Shown: positions 7,461 through 15,364, numbered from the stretch's first letter. The stretch: 26,324 nucleotides of DNA from an uncultured Candidatus Saccharibacteria bacterium (GCA_964355995.1 CAYHFP010000001.1:1-26324); one strand, 5' to 3'. A program made the numbers and translations. The notes: generated from the letters alone by a model not told the origin.

Positions 7461-8087
7461 TTAAAGTGAATCTATTAGATCTGCATAAGATTGGTCTATG
7501 AGTGAATTCACTAACTTTAAAATATTAGATCCCTTTCTAATCATAATCCTACACATACCATGCTTTGTTCTACTTTTCATTCCGCCGTCATTCATTCTTA
7601 CAAAAAATCTAGATTTTGGCAATCCCGTAATTTTAGACCAATAATTTAAACATACCCTTCTGTCCATTCCAGAAAATATTCTTATAGTGGGGGTGAGTCT
7701 ATCTCTTGAAATATTAAAAACTTTTACTAAAATATTTATACATAAATTAATCATTCTGCCATCAGAGTTTACAAAATCACATGATTTTTTACTACCCTCT
7801 GCCCAATAAAGCATAGTAAAAATTAAGGCGTGTTCTCTATGGGGCGATTTTAATATTTCCCTTGCAAAAATTTTGGCATTTTCTAAATTTCTCTCTTTTT
7901 TTTGATGGCTCCCTCCTATTTTTGACCTTAGTAAAGAAATATATTTAGGAGCAATTTTAATATTATGGACATGATGCCAAACAGTGGTCTTTGGTATAGA
8001 TAGCTCCCTTACTAACTCATTAATACTATAGCCTTTTTTCCTTAATTTTTTTAATTTTTTTAATTTTTCTGAAGAATGTATTTTCAT
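7461..8087 (-). CDS. N-terminal HTH plus putative LAGLIDADG-like nuclease-fold protein
   Basis: LRKKGYSINELVRELSIPKTTVWHHV (HTH), LYWAEGSKK and FVNSDGRMI. The fold call is from pattern recall only. Confidence 0.55.
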   Translation of the reverse strand: MKIHSSEKLKKLKKLRKKGYSINELVRELSIPKTTVWHHVHNIKIAPKYISLLRSKIGGSHQKKERNLENAKIFAREILKSPHREHALIFTMLYWAEGSKKSCDFVNSDGRMINLCINILVKVFNISRDRLTPTIRIFSGMDRRVCLNYWSKITGLPKSRFFVRMNDGGMKSRTKHGMCRIMIRKGSNILKLVNSLIDQSYADLIDSL

Positions 8088-8320
8088 ATATTAATTATAC
8101 TACATTATTAAACTAATAGAAACTATAAATTACTAATAAAGGAAAACAAAAGTTCTAATTGATAATTAATTACACTTTATCCTAAAAATTGATTGTTTTC
8201 AATAAAATTGATAAAATAGTATAAAATTCAAATATGCAAATAACGTCACCAATGATGCAAATCCGCACGTTCGTATTCGCAGTATTGGCGTAGCATTTGC
8301 ATATTGGCATTATATTCATT

Positions 8321-9364
8321 ATGAAATATTCTTCACCCATCGTAGAAATTGCAAAAAAAGTGTGTCCGGCCGTTATTACGGTCATTGTTTCTAAAGATTT
8401 ACCAAAAGTAGAAGATTTTTATTCTTTTCCTTATGGTGGCAAAGAATACATTATGCCGATGCCAGAAAAAGATGGCAAAATGCCGATAAAAACCGAAACC
8501 ATGCAAATTGGCGGAGGCTCTGGCTTTATTATTTCCAAAGATGGCTATGTGTTGACCTCAAACCACGTGGTGGCAGACACTACCGCTGATTACACCGTTA
8601 TTTTAGACCCAACTCACAAATATTCTGCCAAAGTATTATCACGAAACCCTATTAATGACACTGCTGTTTTAAAAATTGAAGGCAAAAATTTCCCCTACAT
8701 TGATTTGGCTGATTCCGGTAAAATTCAACTAGGAGAAGAAGTGGTAGCGGTGGGAAATGCTCTTGGAGAATTTAATGACACATTGTCAGCCGGTATTATT
8801 TCCGGACTTTCCCGCTACATTAGTGCTTTTGGAGGATTGGATCACCAAATGCAAAATTTACGAGGCTTAATTCAAACCGATGCCGCCATTAATCCTGGCA
8901 ATTCCGGAGGACCATTGGTAAATATGGACGGCCAAGTCATTGGCATTAACACCGCGATGATTATGGGGGCCCAAAATATTGGATTTGCTATTCCGATAAA
9001 TTACGCTAAAAAAGATTTAGAAGAAGTGAAAAAATTTGGTAAAATTGTGGTGCCGTTTTTGGGCGTAAAATATGTCCTACTTTCCAAAGAAATGGCCAAA
9101 GCTAATAAATTACCCGTAGAAGATGGAGCTTTAGTGGTGCGCGAAGCGCTAGGAGAATCTCCTGTCATTAAAGGCTCATCAGCCGATAGAGCCGGCATTA
9201 AAGAATTTGATATTATTGTAGAATGTAACGGCCAACAAATTACCATGAAAAATCCTCTAGCGGAACTGATGCAAAAATGCCCCATTGGAGAAGAATCAAG
9301 TTTTAAGGTTTTGCGAGATGGCAAAGAATTAATTCTTAAAGTTATTTTATCGGAAAAGGAATAA
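8321..9364 (+). CDS. htrA: HtrA/DegP-family serine protease with one PDZ domain
   Basis: GSGFII, LTSNHVV, IQTDAAINPGNSGGPL, C-terminal PDZ. Confidence 0.95.
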   Translation: MKYSSPIVEIAKKVCPAVITVIVSKDLPKVEDFYSFPYGGKEYIMPMPEKDGKMPIKTETMQIGGGSGFIISKDGYVLTSNHVVADTTADYTVILDPTHKYSAKVLSRNPINDTAVLKIEGKNFPYIDLADSGKIQLGEEVVAVGNALGEFNDTLSAGIISGLSRYISAFGGLDHQMQNLRGLIQTDAAINPGNSGGPLVNMDGQVIGINTAMIMGAQNIGFAIPINYAKKDLEEVKKFGKIVVPFLGVKYVLLSKEMAKANKLPVEDGALVVREALGESPVIKGSSADRAGIKEFDIIVECNGQQITMKNPLAELMQKCPIGEESSFKVLRDGKELILKVILSEKE

Positions 9365-9372
9365 TTCGTAAC

Positions 9373-9404
9373 AAAAAAACCAGCCTGTAAGGGCTGGTTT
9401 TTTT
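9373..9404. terminator. Bidirectional rho-independent terminator
   Basis: aaaaaaaccagcc-tgtaag-ggctggttttttt between convergent genes. Confidence 0.8.
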
Positions 9405-9440
9405 ATTCTATTTTCTACTTTCTAGATTCTATTTTCTCGC

Positions 9441-10184
9441 CTAGAGTTGCACTTTTGAAAACTGATAAGCTCCAACTGCCAAAATAACCAACGTAACGCC
9501 AACTAAAACACTAATACTTAACATTGGAGAAAAAACGCTCACTCCACTAAAAGCTCCGCGCAGGCCATCAACTCCATAAGAAAATGGATTTATTTTTGTC
9601 ACAAATTTCATCGCCATTGGTAAATTTTTAATCGGAAAAATCGCACCTGAAAGATAAAATAAAGGTTGAACCAAAAAGTTAAAAATCAAAGGAAAACTTT
9701 GCATATCATCAAGTCGAGCGGCAATAGTAGCGCCCAAAGCGGAAGACAACATCGCCACCAAGAATAAGAATAAAAATGCGAGCGGCAAACTGGCAAGCTC
9801 CGGCCGGAATCCAGCGACTAGTGTAATTAAAAATACTAAAATTCCTTGAATCATCGCCACCGTTGCTCCACCCAGTGTTTTACCAAGTAAAATTTCAAAC
9901 CGCGAAACTGGCGCCACAAACGTTTCTTTTAAAAATCCGAATTGCTTATCCCAAATAATTTCCAAACCGGTAAAAATAGAGGTAAAAAGCACCGTCATCA
10001 CAATAATCCCCGGAGCTAAAAACTGAATATAGTTTCCCGCACCAGCTTTGGCAAAAACTGGCCCAAAACCAAACCCAATGGCTAGCAAAAAAATAATGGG
10101 TTGTCCCAAGGCACCAACAATGCTGGCCTTTTTTCTAATAAATCTTTTAAGTTGGCGAACCCATAATATATAAATTGCAGTCAT
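9441..10184 (-). CDS. ABC-2 type exporter permease (DrrB-like)
   Basis: YIQFLAPGII, DKQFGFLKETFVAPVSR, INPFSYGVDGLR. Confidence 0.92.
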   Translation of the reverse strand: MTAIYILWVRQLKRFIRKKASIVGALGQPIIFLLAIGFGFGPVFAKAGAGNYIQFLAPGIIVMTVLFTSIFTGLEIIWDKQFGFLKETFVAPVSRFEILLGKTLGGATVAMIQGILVFLITLVAGFRPELASLPLAFLFLFLVAMLSSALGATIAARLDDMQSFPLIFNFLVQPLFYLSGAIFPIKNLPMAMKFVTKINPFSYGVDGLRGAFSGVSVFSPMLSISVLVGVTLVILAVGAYQFSKVQL

Positions 10185-10191
10185 GTGTGTG

Positions 10192-10351
10192 AATTTGAAA
10201 TTTGAAATTTACAATTTGAAATCAAGCCGCGCGCCGTGGCGCGCGGCTGAATATCTAAATTATTAAATTTGAAAACGACGTCGGTTTTTAATTATTTTAA
10301 ATTCACTATTTTCAAATTGATTTCAAATTTCAAATTGTAAATTTCAAATTC
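10192..10351. repeat. Heptamer-built (TTTGAAA/TTTCAAA) inverted-repeat element containing a GC palindrome at 10225-10248
   Basis: Left end is the approximate reverse complement of the right end; the right end nearly matches 19274-19319; agccgcgcgcc-gt-ggcgcgcggct inside. Confidence 0.7.
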
Positions 10352-10354
10352 AAG

Positions 10355-11326
10355 TTAACGCATTAACTTGTTACTAATCCTCATCCGATTTACGCCGGCA
10401 TTTACCGCCTCTTCTCTAATTTTACTTCCGGTTAAAGTAATAAAAGCATCTTCCAAATTTTTGGCGCCAGCTTTTTGGATAATTTCTTGCACCGTTCCAA
10501 TAATTAAAATTTTCCCGTGGTCAATGATAGCAATTCTTTGAGCCATTCTTTCCACCTCTTCCATATGATGAGTGGTGAAAAAAATCGTCACATTTTCTGT
10601 TTTGTTTAAGTTATGGATATAATTCCAAATATGATTTCTGGTTTGCGGGTCAAGTCCAATGGTTGGTTCGTCTAAAAATAAAACTTTTGGGTTATGTAAA
10701 AGTCCGCGGGCAATTTCTAAGCGACGCTTCATCCCCCCAGAAAAAGTTTTCACATACGAATCCTTGCGATCCCAAAGCTCCACCAATTCCAGTAAATTTT
10801 TAATTCGCTCTTGGTAGCCCTGATTTACAAAACTCTTTCGAGGGATTTCCTCTAAATTTTGAGGTAGAAATTTGATAGAATTTTTCGGCCTAGCCAACGG
10901 CTCCGCCGAAAAATTATAGCGAATTTGTAACCAAAATTTAGAGAAAAGACCCGAAAAGTATTCTAAGACGGGAGTTTTGTAATTCAGGGCTTGATTGTCT
11001 TTTTTTATTCCATACAAAATAGCGTGAAATTGCATATTTTCATAAGCGGTTAATTCGTTGTCTAGGCTGGGGTCTTGAAACACAATCCCAAAAGATTTAC
11101 GAGTTTGGTGGGGGTTTTCGGTTACATTGTGTCCATTAAGAAAAACTTCACCGGTAGTCGGTTTTAAAAGCGTAGTCAGCATTTTAATAGTGGTAGTTTT
11201 TCCAGCTCCATTAGGGCCCAAAAATGCGAAAACCTCTCCGGTTTTAACACTAAAACTGAGGTCATCAACGGCCGTAAAATTGCCGTATTTTTTAGTTAAA
11301 TTTTTTGTCTCTATTATATTTTCCAT
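10355..11326 (-). CDS. ABC exporter ATP-binding subunit (DrrA-like) with an in-frame insertion of about 58-60 aa
   Basis: Walker A GPNGAGKTT, Q-loop VFQD, signature FSGGMKRRL, Walker B LFLDEPT, H-loop TTHHM. Confidence 0.93.
   Translation of the reverse strand: MENIIETKNLTKKYGNFTAVDDLSFSVKTGEVFAFLGPNGAGKTTTIKMLTTLLKPTTGEVFLNGHNVTENPHQTRKSFGIVFQDPSLDNELTAYENMQFHAILYGIKKDNQALNYKTPVLEYFSGLFSKFWLQIRYNFSAEPLARPKNSIKFLPQNLEEIPRKSFVNQGYQERIKNLLELVELWDRKDSYVKTFSGGMKRRLEIARGLLHNPKVLFLDEPTIGLDPQTRNHIWNYIHNLNKTENVTIFFTTHHMEEVERMAQRIAIIDHGKILIIGTVQEIIQKAGAKNLEDAFITLTGSKIREEAVNAGVNRMRISNKLMR
10816..10991. mobile_element. About 176-bp palindromic MITE-like element inside the ABC ATPase CDS
   Basis: agccctgatttacaaaactc (10816-10835) versus gagttttgtaattcagggct (10972-10991): 19/20 inverted match; the interior is also quasi-palindromic. 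Confidence 0.8.
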
Positions 11327-11367
11327 GAATTATATTATAATAGTTAAATAGTTTAAATTCAATAAAT

Positions 11368-11392
11368 AAAAATCGCCAGATAGGCGATTTTT
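11368..11392 (-). terminator. Terminator after the GIY-YIG ORF
   Basis: aaaaatcgcc-agata-ggcgattttt. Confidence 0.6.
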
Positions 11393-11646
11393 TATGGTGG
11401 AAGTCCATTTTTGAAAAACTCTTTTAATTTCCTTCTTCCTCCGCCACCCTTCCAGTATAATTCTCTTTTTCTCGCCTCTTTCGATGTTTCAAATTTTTCA
11501 GAAAATAGTAATTCTAAGGGTATTCGGTTTCTGGTAGCAATATTTTTCCCAGAGTTGTGTTCTGCTAATCTCCTTTCTAAGTTATATGTATATCCAACAT
11601 ATGTTTTATGATCTTTGAGACTTTTTAGAATATAAATATAAAACAT
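11392..11646 (-). CDS. Small GIY-YIG nuclease family protein
   Basis: YIYILKS..YVGYT..LERRLAEHN..EARKRELYWK. Confidence 0.9.
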   Translation of the reverse strand: MFYIYILKSLKDHKTYVGYTYNLERRLAEHNSGKNIATRNRIPLELLFSEKFETSKEARKRELYWKGGGGRRKLKEFFKNGLPP

Positions 11647-11710
11647 TCAATTGTGAGCGGGTCGCCCAATTTTAATTGGGACGAACCTCGCTCAATTTTT
11701 CCCTGAAAAA

Positions 11711-11757
11711 TTGAGCGGGTATGGGGAGTCCGTCCGCCAGCGGGCAGACTAGAACCC
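11711..11757 (-). pseudogene. Duplicate tRNA-Gly 3' end with a 21-bp hairpin in the T-loop
   Basis: ttgagcgggtatggggagtc[cgtccgccagcgggcagacta]gaaccc versus the uninterrupted sequence at 11920-11945. Confidence 0.8.
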
Positions 11758-11922
11758 ATCGCTTCGCTCTTTAGAAACCCAAGGTTTCTAACGCGTCCAC
11801 TTCGTGGCGCTGTTTTCCTACACGGAGGGGACACCGAGTTTCCCCTCCGACCCACCCCTCGGGTTCGACTCCTTCCAACACCACTCAAAAAAAAGATAGA
11901 CTTGCAGTCTACTTTTTATTTG

Positions 11923-11993
11923 AGCGGGTATGGGGAGTCGAACCCCACTCATTAGCTTGGAAAGCTAAGGTAATACCGATATACGATACCCGC
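11923..11993 (-). tRNA. tRNA-Gly(TCC)
   Basis: Acceptor gcgggta/tacccgc, anticodon arm ttagc-tt TCC aa-gctaa; CCA not encoded. Confidence 0.93.
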
Positions 11994-12015
11994 GTGACGA
12001 ATTTCAAATTAAACC

Positions 12016-12089
12016 TGGTCGGGCTGCTGGGATTCGAACCCAGACTAAATCGTCCCAAACGATTCGTGCTACCGTTACACTACAGCCCG
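12016..12089 (-). tRNA. tRNA-Pro(TGG)
   Basis: Acceptor cgggctg/cagcccg, anticodon arm aatcg-tt TGG ga-cgatt, encoded CCA. Confidence 0.93.
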
Positions 12090-12093
12090 GTAA

Positions 12094-12489
12094 TTACTTT
12101 TTATACTTGCGGAATAATTTATCATGTTGCCACACATGCCCATAATGTATTATTCTATGACAATTAGCACACACAACCGCACATTTTTCTATTTCTTTTT
12201 TTACGCGATCAAAAGCAAGGTGATTATAAGCTGCGTACCCTATGGTAAATTCTTTGTCTCGTAGATGATGGAAATCCAACACCCTACAATCTTTTATTCC
12301 ACACTTAAAACATCCACGCTTTTCTTTGTAATCTTCTAAAAACTTCCGATACTTATTGCGTAATAACTTTTTATCATTATTAAAACAATGACGACACTTT
12401 AGGCGTCGATATGTTTTGCCACTAATAGTTCCCGCCACACCAAAATCCAATTCTGGATAATATTTACTGCAATATTTACAAAGCTTCAT
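12094..12489 (-). CDS. HNH endonuclease-like protein with CxxC zinc motifs
   Basis: CKYC, CRHC, CFKC..VLDFHH..CAVVCANCHRIIH; stop codon 4 nt before tRNA-Pro. The start may be 12525. Confidence 0.8.
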   Translation of the reverse strand: MKLCKYCSKYYPELDFGVAGTISGKTYRRLKCRHCFNNDKKLLRNKYRKFLEDYKEKRGCFKCGIKDCRVLDFHHLRDKEFTIGYAAYNHLAFDRVKKEIEKCAVVCANCHRIIHYGHVWQHDKLFRKYKK

Positions 12490-12565
12490 TGCATTAATTA
12501 TAATACTTTTGGGAGCGTTTATCAAGGTTCAAATTACTTTATTTCCTATAATAAAATGATAGGTC

Positions 12566-12616
12566 ATTATAGTTTGAAAATCAAATATTGTCAAAGACCA
12601 AAATTTATGTTAGGAT
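12566..12616. promoter_or_regulatory. Back-to-back sigma70 promoters with overlapping -35 boxes
   Basis: Minus strand: perfect TTGACA (12594-12589)-17-TATAAT (12571-12566). Plus strand: TTGTCA (12588-12593)-17-TAGGAT (12611-12616), upstream of tRNA-Arg. Confidence 0.75.
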
Positions 12617-12629
12617 TCTAAATAGTTTT

Positions 12630-12701
12630 GCCCTCGTAGCTTAATGGATAAAGCAAGGCTCTTCTAAGGCCTTGATAGGGGTTCGATTCCCTTCGAGGGC
12701 A
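12630..12701 (+). tRNA. tRNA-Arg(TCT)
   Basis: Acceptor gccctcg/cgagggc, anticodon loop ct TCT aa; CCA not encoded. Confidence 0.88.
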
Positions 12702-12778
12702 CAGGAAAGGGAGAGCCAAATGCTTAATCCACAGGTTGATTGATTGACGTTAAAGCCACATTTGTTACAATTAAGTAT

Positions 12779-13276
12779 ATGGTTCAAGTCAGTTGCAAAA
12801 TATGCTCCAAAGAATTTTATGCCAAACCAAGTTGGATTAATATCGGCAATGGAAAATATTGTTCAATGGAATGTAGTCAGAAATCACAGATAAAAGGCAC
12901 CCATGTTAAATGTGAAATATGTAAAAAAGAAATATGGAGAACACCAAGCAAAATAAGGCGTTCTAAAAGCAGAAAATATTTTTGCAATAAATCATGTCAA
13001 ACTCTTTGGCGTAATAGCATAGTATATGTCGGCAAAAATCATCCGAATTGGAAGAATGGGGGAACTATGTATCGAAAGATATTACAAAGAAGTACAAAAG
13101 AAAAAATCTGTTGTTTATGCGAAATAAAAGACGAACGCATATTAGCAGTCCACCATATAGATAAAAACAGAAAAAATTCTAAATTGGAAAACCTTATATG
13201 GCTTTGTCATAACTGTCATTTTTTAGTTCATCACGATACAAAAACAGCAAAAAAACTTATGGAGGCTATAGTGTAG
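12779..13276 (+). CDS. HNH endonuclease with tandem N-terminal zinc-finger repeats
   Basis: CKIC..YCSMEC, CEIC..FCNKSC, then CCLC..LAVHHIDKNRKN...NLIWLCHNCHFLVH. Confidence 0.85.
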   Translation: MVQVSCKICSKEFYAKPSWINIGNGKYCSMECSQKSQIKGTHVKCEICKKEIWRTPSKIRRSKSRKYFCNKSCQTLWRNSIVYVGKNHPNWKNGGTMYRKILQRSTKEKICCLCEIKDERILAVHHIDKNRKNSKLENLIWLCHNCHFLVHHDTKTAKKLMEAIV

Positions 13277-13336
13277 TGGCCAGCACAACACCCTGTGGCG
13301 GTGTCAGCGGGAGTTCGAATCTCCTTAGCCTCCCCA
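13261..13336 (+). tRNA. tRNA-His(GTG)
   Basis: G-1:C73 pair, acceptor gaggcta/tagcctc, anticodon arm acacc-ct GTG gc-ggtgt, encoded CCA. Confidence 0.93.
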
Positions 13337-13360
13337 AAAGCAAACTAGCGAATTCAAAAC

Positions 13361-13395
13361 AAAAAATTCTATCTTTGAAAAGATAGAATTTTTTT
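13361..13395 (+). terminator. Terminator after tRNA-His
   Basis: aaaaaattctatctt-tgaa-aagatagaatttttt. Confidence 0.65.
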
Positions 13396-13424
13396 GTTAT
13401 AGTAGATATATAAATATACATCTT

Positions 13425-13943
13425 ATGAATACCCTAAAAGATATCCAAGAATTTATCAATCTGGCGCAAAAAAATAGAAAGTATCCGGCCAACACAGCTC
13501 ACGGAAAGCGCGCGGCTTTAAAGTTATTTGAGACTGTTTTACACCCAGATGAGCTGGAATCCTTAGAACTAATAGAAGATAGAATGAAAGAGATTTACCT
13601 TAGCTTAATCAGTCGTCACCAACATACCTTTAGTATTAAGTCCCTCAATACCTATAAGGGAAGATTTTTAAAAACCATCCAAGATTATAAAAGATATGGC
13701 AAAGATCCAGATGCTTTTTCACGCTGGGAAGTCAAAAACCGCAAGCAGAAAGACAAAGACACAAAAGAAGATACTAAAAAAGATACATCTCTATCTAATA
13801 TATCTTCATCCATTCACAGCCCTGTGCATAAGATACAGATAACCCTAGAATCTGGCAAGACTTTCTCCATGGAAATTCCGCAAAATATTTCTAAAGGAGA
13901 TTCCACCATCATTCAAAAGATTATTTCATCTTTTACAGAATAG
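13425..13943 (+). CDS. Hypothetical protein (helical N-domain, Lys/Asp linker, small C-domain)
   Basis: 172-aa ATG-started ORF convergent with the RT; no confident family. Confidence 0.7.
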   Translation: MNTLKDIQEFINLAQKNRKYPANTAHGKRAALKLFETVLHPDELESLELIEDRMKEIYLSLISRHQHTFSIKSLNTYKGRFLKTIQDYKRYGKDPDAFSRWEVKNRKQKDKDTKEDTKKDTSLSNISSSIHSPVHKIQITLESGKTFSMEIPQNISKGDSTIIQKIISSFTE

Positions 13944-13991
13944 ATATTCTGTGGAAAACTTTAAAAATTTAAAAACCGCGCTAAACGATTT

Positions 13992-15037
13992 TTAAATTAA
14001 CTTTAAAATTTCTTCTCGCAAATCGTATGAATTGCAATGTGTTAAAACTCCTAAATAAGATTGCAGAGTTTTATTGAATTTTTCCTCCGACATTTCCTTG
14101 TTTTTTAGAGCGTTAACTTTTACTACAATATTCTTTAACATCCTATCTCTTGTTTTTACTCTTACTATTTTATGATACGGAAAAACCACATATCCTAAAA
14201 AATCAACCCCTTGATGATACTTTCTGACAACAATTTTATTTGGATGAAGTTCCAGTTTTAGATTATTTTTTAAAAAAGCATCTATTTTCGATATATAACT
14301 TTCAAACTTTTCCATGCCATCTTCTACAATCACAAAATCATCGCAATACCTTATATAGTATTTTATCCTGAGTTGATGCTTAATAAATTGGTCTAATTCG
14401 CATAGATAAACATTAGAAAATAATTGACTGACAACATTCCCCAAAGGCAAACCCTTTTCAAAACTTTTAATAATACTTTCTAGAAGCCAAATAACTTCTG
14501 CATCTTTAATTTTCTTTTTTACCAAATCAAGCAAAATATCCTGGTCAATGGAGTCAAAAAACTTTCTGACATCACATTTTAAAACATATGCCGGCTTTGT
14601 ATTATTTCTACTTTGCTTTTGCAAAAACACTTTTAATTTCTCAACAGCCCTATGCGCCCCTTTTTCATTTCGACAAGAATAAGAATCAAAAATAAAATGC
14701 CGGTCAAAAGTGGGGTATAAAATTCTAAAAATAGCGTGGTGCAATACCCTATCGCGAACACAGGCCTTGTGAATATGTCTTATTTTGGGGTCTTTAACAT
14801 AAAAAGAATAATAAGGCGAATGTTGATAGGTTTTATTTTTTAACTCTTGATAAAGCTTGAATATATTTGGTTCTAAGTTATACTCAAATTGCATAACATC
14901 AGGCTTGCTTCTTTTACCTTTTTTAAACTCGTCCCAAGCCAAAAACAAATTCTCAAGAGAAACAATATCATTAAATAAATTATCACTATGACCTTTAACC
15001 CCCCCCCCCAGACAGTTTCAATTTGCCTATCTTGCAT
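13992..15037 (-). CDS. DGR reverse transcriptase; likely ATG (15037) is out of frame across G11
   Basis: RDRVLHHAI, GLPLGNVVSQLF (DGR-type GxxxSQ), YIRYCDDF, DFLGY. The RT frame extends upstream to VKGHSDNLFNDIVSLENLF but contains no ATG. Confidence 0.92.
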
Positions 15038-15364
15038 AAAGTTTATGAATTATATAAATTATTTTATGAATACTCAAAATGGTTTCCTAAAAAAGATAAA
15101 CACATCATTGGTAAACGATGTGAGGACTTAATCTTAGACATTATAGAATTAATCTTGCTGGCAATCAATGATAAAACCGACCGTAAATTACTTATCCTGG
15201 AAAAAATCAGTGCCAAGCTCAACACCCTCAGAATGTTTATTCGTATAACCAAAGAATTGAAAATTATCAGTCTAACTAAATACGCTATTTTACAATCAAG
15301 GATTGATGAGATTGGCAAATTATTGGGTGCGTGGATAAAAAATGCACAAAAGAAAAGCCCCTAA
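14988..15364 (+). CDS. avd: DGR accessory variability determinant (Avd, four-helix bundle); likely ATG (14988) is out of frame across C11
   Basis: PILHKVYELYK..FPKKDKHIIG..LEKISAKLNTLRMFIRI..IDEIGKLLGAWIK, adjacent to RT and TR. Confidence 0.85.
14999..15009. repeat. C11/G11 homopolymer inside the RT/avd overlap
   Basis: tttaa-ccccccccccc-agacag. Confidence 0.9.
15049..15077 (-). promoter_or_regulatory. Candidate RT promoter inside avd
   Basis: Minus strand TTGAGT (15077-15072)-17-TATAAT (15054-15049), 11 nt before ATG 15037. Confidence 0.45.

Noticed and set aside
8182-8385. 67-aa minus-strand ORF
   Set aside because: Overlaps the htrA start and upstream hairpin; no motif support.
11625-11888. 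87-aa minus-strand ORF
   Set aside because: Spans the tRNA-Gly duplicate and hairpin cassette; no coding signal.
7461-13943. Prophage or integrative element spanning the tRNA/nuclease/DGR region
   Set aside because: No integrase, terminase or structural genes; housekeeping-type htrA and ABC genes are interspersed; no long att pair bounds the region.
13992-14948. RT as a retron, group II intron or Abi/defence RT
   Set aside because: GxxxSQ motif, lack of maturase/X domain and of the retron VTG motif, plus adjacent Avd and an A-specific TR/VR pair identify a DGR.
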